Shown here: positions 58,408 to 64,000 of the stretch, piece by piece
How the letters are laid out: each line of letters opens with the position of its first letter
Position numbering within the stretch: position 1 is the first letter of the stretch
From: Candidatus Omnitrophota bacterium
GTDB lineage: Bacteria > Omnitrophota > Gorgyraeia > Duberdicusellales > 4484-171
Length of the DNA: 64,000 bases
Direction of reading: 5' to 3'
Assembly: GCA_024231025.1 (NCBI GenBank)
Contig: JAAEQW010000312.1
Span: 3,238-67,237 of the forward strand
Translations under genes and position numbers: made by a program
The notes under the pieces: model-generated
Databases searched by the model: none
Told to the model about the DNA's origin: nothing
What the model saw: only the letters and a program-made list of their open reading frames with translations

Positions 58408-59207
58408 AAGATCTCTCCTTTGTATATTTGTGATGCCTTACCACCTAACCAAACACTATTTTGCTGTTTATCAAAATACACGGTAATTGTTTCACCGCTT
58501 TTATTTTTAACCCTAACTTTGAATTTAGCATCTTTGCTTGTGAAAAAACGACTTGAAATAATTGCCGAAGCAACCATCCCCGTACCACAGGCAAGAGTTT
58601 CCGCTTCGACTCCGCGTTCATAAGTGCGCAACTCGATTGAATTTGGCCCGGTAAGTTCCACAAAATTCACGTTCACTCCGGCTGGAGCAAATTTCTTATG
58701 AAAGCGAATCTCACGCCCAATCGCGTTAACATCTATACTGGCAAGGGCCTGCACTAAAACAACAGCGTGAGGAACACCAGTGTTGATAAAATTAACCTTT
58801 AGGCCACGGGAATACACCTTTAAAGGTATGTTATGCTTTTCACCAAATGGATTTGGCAATTTTACTTTAACACCGCGATCCACCTTTTCCGACTCAACAA
58901 TACCGGCAATAGTGTCGAAGTGAATAATTTTTTTGTCGGTTATGTTTTTTCGTGCCCATAACACAACACATCGGGCACCATTGCCGCACATTTCAGCTTC
59001 ACTACCGTCGGAATTAAAAATTCGCATCTTAAATAAAGCTTTCATTGAAGATTCGATCACCAATAGTCCATCGGCCCCAACCCCAAGATGGCGCTGGCAA
59101 TATTTCTTAGCAAATTGTTTATAATTTATTCCTTTGCTTTTTCTTGCATCGAGAAGAATAAAATCATTGCCTGACGCCTGAACTTTGCAAAACGCTACTT
59201 TTTTCAT
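58401..59207 (-). CDS. dapF: Diaminopimelate epimerase
   Basis: GNDF, NSDGSEAEMCGNG, ERGVEAETLACGTG. Confidence 0.97.
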   Translation of the reverse strand: MKKVAFCKVQASGNDFILLDARKSKGINYKQFAKKYCQRHLGVGADGLLVIESSMKALFKMRIFNSDGSEAEMCGNGARCVVLWARKNITDKKIIHFDTIAGIVESEKVDRGVKVKLPNPFGEKHNIPLKVYSRGLKVNFINTGVPHAVVLVQALASIDVNAIGREIRFHKKFAPAGVNVNFVELTGPNSIELRTYERGVEAETLACGTGMVASAIISSRFFTSKDAKFKVRVKNKSGETITVYFDKQQNSVWLGGKASQIYKGEILC

Positions 59208-60445
59208 ATGATTTCCTTTTGAATTAAATCTTTATAGCTCTCTCTTTTTCTGATAATCCTTGCCTCTTTGCCGTTGACTAGAACCTCTGCGGCTCTTGGG
59301 CGAGAATTATAATTTGAACTCATCGCAAAGCCATACGCCCCGGCTCCCAAAACTGCTATATAATCATTTTCACCAACGTCTAACGCGCGCGCCTTACCAA
59401 GGAAATCACCACTTTCGCAAACCGGGCCAACTATATCAGACAACTTACTGCTTTTATATTTGACTTTTTTCACCGGTAGAATTGTATGATATGCTTCATA
59501 TAACGACGGCCTAAGCAAGTCATTCATTGCTGCATCGACAATTACAAATCGCTTAAATGGAGTTTCTTTTATATAAGTAGTTTTGGCAATCAATGCACCG
59601 GCATTACCAACTATAAAACGTCCCGGCTCTAAAACAATTTTGAGCCCACTTTTTTTAAGCAATGGAATAACTTTTTTAGCAAAATCACTCGCGGTTTGAG
59701 GCGTTTCTTTGTTGTAAATTATTCCAAGCCCTCCACCAATATTTAAATGCTCTAAGATTATCCCTTTGCCACGCAACACATCAATAAGCTTGTTTACTCG
59801 TTTAATTGCGGCAATAAACGGTGACGATTTAGTAATTTGCGAACCAATATGAATGTGAATGCCAACAATTTTTAAATTGGGATATTTAGCGCCATTTAAG
59901 AAAATGTTGCGCACCGTTGCGATGTCCATGCCGAATTTTGTATCTTTTTTACCCGTTGTGATGTAATCGTGGGTCATAGCTTCAACATCAGGGTTAACCC
60001 GAAGGGCAACTTTAACATTTTTATGCATCGATGCGGCTATCGCGTTTATTCGAGCGAGCTCAGGAGAAGATTCAACATTAAACATAAGTATTCCGTAATT
60101 GATTGCCTCTTTTATCTCCTTAGTGGTTTTACCAACCGAAGCATAAACAATTTTCTTACCCGAGCAAACAACCTTTTGCGCACGATACAGCTCTCCACCG
60201 GAAACAATATCCAGCCCCGATCCATCCTTAACCAAAACTTTAAGGATCGCAAGGTTGGAATTCGCCTTAACGGAATAACAAATCAAGGGATTAAGCGCAG
60301 TAAAAGCTTTTTTTATTTTACGAAAATGATCCAACAGTGTGGCTTGGCTGTAAACATAAAGAGGCGTGGCAAATTTATTTGCCAAATCAGAAACCAACAT
60401 TTCTTCACAGTACAAATCGTTTTTTTTGTAGTTAAAATAATGCAT
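59204..60445 (-). CDS. lysA: Diaminopimelate decarboxylase
   Basis: YSVKAN, HIGSQ, EPGR, GPVCESGD, GAYG..MSSNYN. Confidence 0.98.
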   Translation of the reverse strand: MHYFNYKKNDLYCEEMLVSDLANKFATPLYVYSQATLLDHFRKIKKAFTALNPLICYSVKANSNLAILKVLVKDGSGLDIVSGGELYRAQKVVCSGKKIVYASVGKTTKEIKEAINYGILMFNVESSPELARINAIAASMHKNVKVALRVNPDVEAMTHDYITTGKKDTKFGMDIATVRNIFLNGAKYPNLKIVGIHIHIGSQITKSSPFIAAIKRVNKLIDVLRGKGIILEHLNIGGGLGIIYNKETPQTASDFAKKVIPLLKKSGLKIVLEPGRFIVGNAGALIAKTTYIKETPFKRFVIVDAAMNDLLRPSLYEAYHTILPVKKVKYKSSKLSDIVGPVCESGDFLGKARALDVGENDYIAVLGAGAYGFAMSSNYNSRPRAAEVLVNGKEARIIRKRESYKDLIQKEII

Positions 60446-60446
60446 A

Positions 60447-61811
60447 TTAATGTAGTTTTAATTTTGGAATCTTACTTTTTGCGGTTTTCTTAGACAAAAC
60501 CGCATATTTTGGATTCATCACTTTGGTTAATATTTTTTTATTTAAATCCTTGTGGAAAGTTGAAAGAAGCTTATCAGAAATATTCTGAATTTTTACTTTT
60601 TTCTCTTCAGAGTGACGAATAAGCTTGCCTACAATATCATGGGCATCTTTAAAGGCAACACCTTTCTTCATCACAAGAAACTCGGCAATCTCGGTTGCAT
60701 AAAGATGCTCGTCTTTTAAGGCGTTATCAATGTTGTCTTTTTTGAGTTTAAGTTTTTTGATAAACTTTGCCATAATCGTAAGTTCATCTTTTACGGTTTC
60801 GACCGAAGCAAAAAGAGGCTCTTTATCAAGCTGCATATCGCGATTATAAGCAAGAGGCAACCCTTTCATTGTGGTTAACACCGAAAACAGACTACCGTAG
60901 ACCTTGCCGGTGCTGCCACGAACAAGCTCAAGAAAATCAGCATTCTTTTTGTGTGGCATCAGCGAAGATCCCGTACAAAACTCTTCCGGTAAATCAAGAT
61001 AATCAAATTCTCTTGTTGAATACATAATCATATCTTCAGACATACGTGATAAGTGCATTTGGATAATTGCCAATATACTTAAAAATTCAATCACAAAATC
61101 CCGGCTTGAGACGTGATCCATTGGGCTTGATAACTCTCCAAAATGTTTTCTAATTACACCGGATATTGATATTGCACGACGGTAGTAGTCGGGGCTCAAT
61201 GGACTCCCGGCAAGTGCGCCAGCACCAATATGAATCTTGAGTCCTTCTTCAAACTTAACTAACCGATCATAGTCACGCATCAGCATTTGCCCATAAGCCA
61301 AAATATAGTCGCTAAAATATACTACCTGGGCGCGCTGAGTGTGAGTATAACCAATAAAATATCGTTTTTCGTAATCCTGAGATTTTTTAAATATTTCTTC
61401 AAGCAAATTACTCAACAATTTAATTGTTTCAATATATTGAGTTAAAACGTACATCTTTTCATCAAAAACAACCTGATCATTGCGTGAACGCAAAGTGTGC
61501 AGCTTTAGGGCCGCTTTTCCGGCTTTTTCTTTCACTTTGTTTTGGATATCGCTATGAATATCTTCACATTCGGGGTCAAATTTAAACTTGCCCTTTTTTA
61601 TTTGAGAAAGAATCTCGCGTAACGCCCCAACAAGCGCATCCTCTTCGTCCTTACTTAAAATTTCTGCTGCGGCAAGCGCCCCAACATGAATTAAAGAGTG
61701 ATACACATCATATTCAGCAAGCTTATGATCGTAATTAATAGATTTTTGAAACTCAAAGAAATCTTTATCAATCTCTTTTTTAAAACGTCCACCCCACATT
61801 TTTTTATCCAT
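60447..61811 (-). CDS. argH: Argininosuccinate lyase
   Basis: WGGRF, RSRNDQ, TGSSLMPHKKN, AYNRDMQ.DKE. Confidence 0.97.
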   Translation of the reverse strand: MDKKMWGGRFKKEIDKDFFEFQKSINYDHKLAEYDVYHSLIHVGALAAAEILSKDEEDALVGALREILSQIKKGKFKFDPECEDIHSDIQNKVKEKAGKAALKLHTLRSRNDQVVFDEKMYVLTQYIETIKLLSNLLEEIFKKSQDYEKRYFIGYTHTQRAQVVYFSDYILAYGQMLMRDYDRLVKFEEGLKIHIGAGALAGSPLSPDYYRRAISISGVIRKHFGELSSPMDHVSSRDFVIEFLSILAIIQMHLSRMSEDMIMYSTREFDYLDLPEEFCTGSSLMPHKKNADFLELVRGSTGKVYGSLFSVLTTMKGLPLAYNRDMQLDKEPLFASVETVKDELTIMAKFIKKLKLKKDNIDNALKDEHLYATEIAEFLVMKKGVAFKDAHDIVGKLIRHSEEKKVKIQNISDKLLSTFHKDLNKKILTKVMNPKYAVLSKKTAKSKIPKLKLH

Positions 61812-61814
61812 AAA

Positions 61815-62990
61815 TTATCTCCTTTGTGCGTATGGCATTGCGAATATATCAATGAACCCTTTAGCGTCATCACGATTAAACTCATCCTTAGCGCCATAAG
61901 TTGCTAGTTCTTTGCGATAGAGAGAGTTTTTAGAGCATCGTTTTGATATTAGAATATTTCCTTTATAAAGTTTCAAGGTTATTTTACCGGTCACTGGTTT
62001 TTGCGTACTATTAACAAAAGAATCAAGACTCATCTTTAATTTAGAAAACCATAGCCCCTGGTAAAGGAGTTGCGAATAGCGCAATGCGACAATCTCTTTA
62101 AAATAAATCACGTCCTTATCAAGCACTACAGATTCAAGCTCTTTGTGCGCTTTAATCAAAATCCAAGCCGCCGGAGCCTCATAAACTTCACGAGATTTTA
62201 TACCGACGGTGCGATCCTCAACCAAATCACTGCGACCAATGCAGTGCTTGCCTCCGATTTTATTTAATTTTTCAATCATCGAAAGAAAATCCATTTTCTT
62301 ATTATTAAGCGCAACCGGCACACCACTGGTAAATTCGATTGTTACGCTCTCTGCTTTGTTGGGTGCTTTAGCCAGGCTTTGAGTGAAAATATATGGATCT
62401 TCTTTGGGCTCGTTTTCTAAATCCTCTAAAATACCGGCCTCGATGCTAACACCCCAAATGTTCTTATCAATGCTGTAAATTTTTTCTTTAGTTGTTTTAA
62501 TCGGCAGCCGTTTATTTTTTGCATATTCTATTTCCGACTCACGTGAGGTTAACTCCCACTCACGCAGTGGTGCAATAATCTTTAATTTTGGATTAAGCAT
62601 TTTCACCGCAACATCGATTCGCACCTGATCATTGCCTTTGGCAGTACAGCCATGGGCAACGAAACTTGCTTTTTCTTTGCGAGCAACATCAACTAAGTGT
62701 TTGGCAATTAAAGGGCGTCCCAACGCAGTTGATAGAACATACTTGTCCTCATAAATTGCTCCTGCTTTTAATGCTGGCAGAATGTAGTCTTTGGCAAATT
62801 CTTTTTGCAAGTCTAAAACATAAATTTTTGATGCACCTGTTTTTTTTGCCCGCTTGTGTAAATCCTGTGGTGAAAATTCACTACCTAAATTCGCTGAAAA
62901 ACATACAACATCGTAACCGCGCTCCTTCAACCAAGGAATACAACACGTAGTGTCTAAGCCGCCGGAATAAGCCAATATAACTTTTTTCAT
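61815..62990 (-). CDS. argG: Argininosuccinate synthase
   Basis: LAYSGGLDT, HGCTAKGNDQVR, KSREVYE. Confidence 0.98.
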   Translation of the reverse strand: MKKVILAYSGGLDTTCCIPWLKERGYDVVCFSANLGSEFSPQDLHKRAKKTGASKIYVLDLQKEFAKDYILPALKAGAIYEDKYVLSTALGRPLIAKHLVDVARKEKASFVAHGCTAKGNDQVRIDVAVKMLNPKLKIIAPLREWELTSRESEIEYAKNKRLPIKTTKEKIYSIDKNIWGVSIEAGILEDLENEPKEDPYIFTQSLAKAPNKAESVTIEFTSGVPVALNNKKMDFLSMIEKLNKIGGKHCIGRSDLVEDRTVGIKSREVYEAPAAWILIKAHKELESVVLDKDVIYFKEIVALRYSQLLYQGLWFSKLKMSLDSFVNSTQKPVTGKITLKLYKGNILISKRCSKNSLYRKELATYGAKDEFNRDDAKGFIDIFAMPYAQRR

Positions 62991-63002
62991 TTTTATTCTC
63001 CT

Positions 63003-63932
63003 TTATTTATGACGGGTCTGACCCCGTAGAATAAGTGAAGCGAATATCGCTTTTGCAGCATATAGGCGATTTTCTGCCTGAGTAAACACAACCGATTGCT
63101 TTCCATCTAAAACACTGTCGGTGATCTCCTCGCCGCGATGAGCAGGAAGGCAATGCATCACAATGCAATTCTTTTTGGCTGTTTTAAGAAGATTGTCATT
63201 TACCTGAAAACCGCCAAAAGCTTTTTTGCGTTTGCTTCTTTGCGCCTCGTCACCCATTGAAACCCAAACATCTGTGTATAAAACATCTGCATCTTTTGCA
63301 GCTTGTTTTGGATTATTTACGATTGTAATATTACCTTTCATTTGAGAGTTAGATGCAATATCCTTAAACACTTTAGTCGAAGGCATATACCCCTTAGGAG
63401 ACGCAATATGCAAATCTCCTCCTAAAATTGCCAAAGCGTACATAAGTGAATGACAAACATTATTGCCATCGCCAATATAGGCAACTTTTATTTTTTTAAT
63501 ATTTTTTTTATACTCATTAATTGTTAGCACATCAGCTAAAACCTGCGACGGATGCAGAATGTCGCTTAGCCCATTTACTACCGGAACCGACGAATATTTT
63601 GCAAACTCAACAATATCGGAGTGATGAAACGTCCGCATTACAACTCCATCCAAATAACGCGACATCGTGCGTGATGCATCGCAAATACGTTCACGTTTGC
63701 CAAGGCGAACCTCATCAGGAGAGTAATAAATAACATTGGCCCCTAACTGCATCGCGCCAACGCAAAAGGCGGTTTTTGTGCGCAGAGAAGGTTTCTGAAA
63801 TAAAATCCCTACCGTCTTGCCTTTTAAAACCTTCGTATACTTGAGATGATTAATCTTCATGTCGTAAGAAAGCTTAACCATTGCGTTAATTTGTTTGGCT
63901 GTAAAATCTTTTAACTCTATAAAATGATTCAT
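63003..63932 (-). CDS. argF: Ornithine carbamoyltransferase
   Basis: KPSLRT, HPSQ, DVWVSMG, HCLPAHRG, QAENR. Confidence 0.97.
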   Translation of the reverse strand: MNHFIELKDFTAKQINAMVKLSYDMKINHLKYTKVLKGKTVGILFQKPSLRTKTAFCVGAMQLGANVIYYSPDEVRLGKRERICDASRTMSRYLDGVVMRTFHHSDIVEFAKYSSVPVVNGLSDILHPSQVLADVLTINEYKKNIKKIKVAYIGDGNNVCHSLMYALAILGGDLHIASPKGYMPSTKVFKDIASNSQMKGNITIVNNPKQAAKDADVLYTDVWVSMGDEAQRSKRKKAFGGFQVNDNLLKTAKKNCIVMHCLPAHRGEEITDSVLDGKQSVVFTQAENRLYAAKAIFASLILRGQTRHK

Positions 63933-64000
63933 TTTTTTCCAACCTCTTTAAATATTTCCTCTAAAATTTTAAGGCCGCTGTCTATCTCGGATTTATTAAC
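63929..64000 (-). CDS. 3' end of the upstream gene, probably acetylornithine aminotransferase (argD)
   Basis: Reads VNKSEIDSGLKILEEIFKEVGKK* with ATGA overlap on argF; resembles a class III aminotransferase C-terminal helix; identity inferred from synteny. Confidence 0.55.
   Translation of the reverse strand, partial: VNKSEIDSGLKILEEIFKEVGKK

Noticed and set aside
77-63733. The many plus-strand and nested ORFs in the track (e.g. 4256-4723, 59969-60493)
   Set aside because: They are antisense or out-of-frame shadows of well-supported minus-strand genes and show no recognisable motifs.

Overview
AT-rich bacterial chromosome segment with essentially every gene on the minus strand. Gene content, especially a TITTYYPAPYG-type S74 protein, suggests Candidatus Omnitrophota or a related PVC-group lineage (inference only). 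From right to left it holds: argD-end/argF/argG/argH/lysA/dapF/dapA; a ~13 kb, 11-gene nucleotide-sugar cluster wedged between dapA and dapB (GDP-sugar dehydratase, two ThDP-enzyme pairs, TylF methyltransferase, epimerase/reductases, GT2, B12 radical SAM, HddA-like kinase, GT-C); dapB/dapL; an S74-chaperone protein; folK/panC/nadX/uvrA; TPR, MCP, SBP, ExbBD; tRNA-Ala; an AmrB-AmrA fusion; rsmE; mtaB through ligA; and the tRNA-Thr/rpmG/tRNA-Trp/secE/nusG/rplKAJL/rpoBC cluster, which lacks tuf. The most striking structure is that the 5' end of mtaB occurs three times. This points to two tandem, integrase-less islands inserted at the mtaB FYTLG|C codons, each bringing its own replacement mtaB N-terminus. 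One island carries an MNT-HEPN pair. The other carries an AbrB-like regulator, a degenerate ClpA/ClpV-like ATPase and three exported TPR/ankyrin proteins. Other points of note are a probable helicase-dead PriA, a REP-flanked RAYT relic, and periodic palindromic repeats, one with a filled versus empty site for a 20-bp hairpin. No CRISPR array or rRNA was seen. All calls come from reading motifs by eye; no database search was run.
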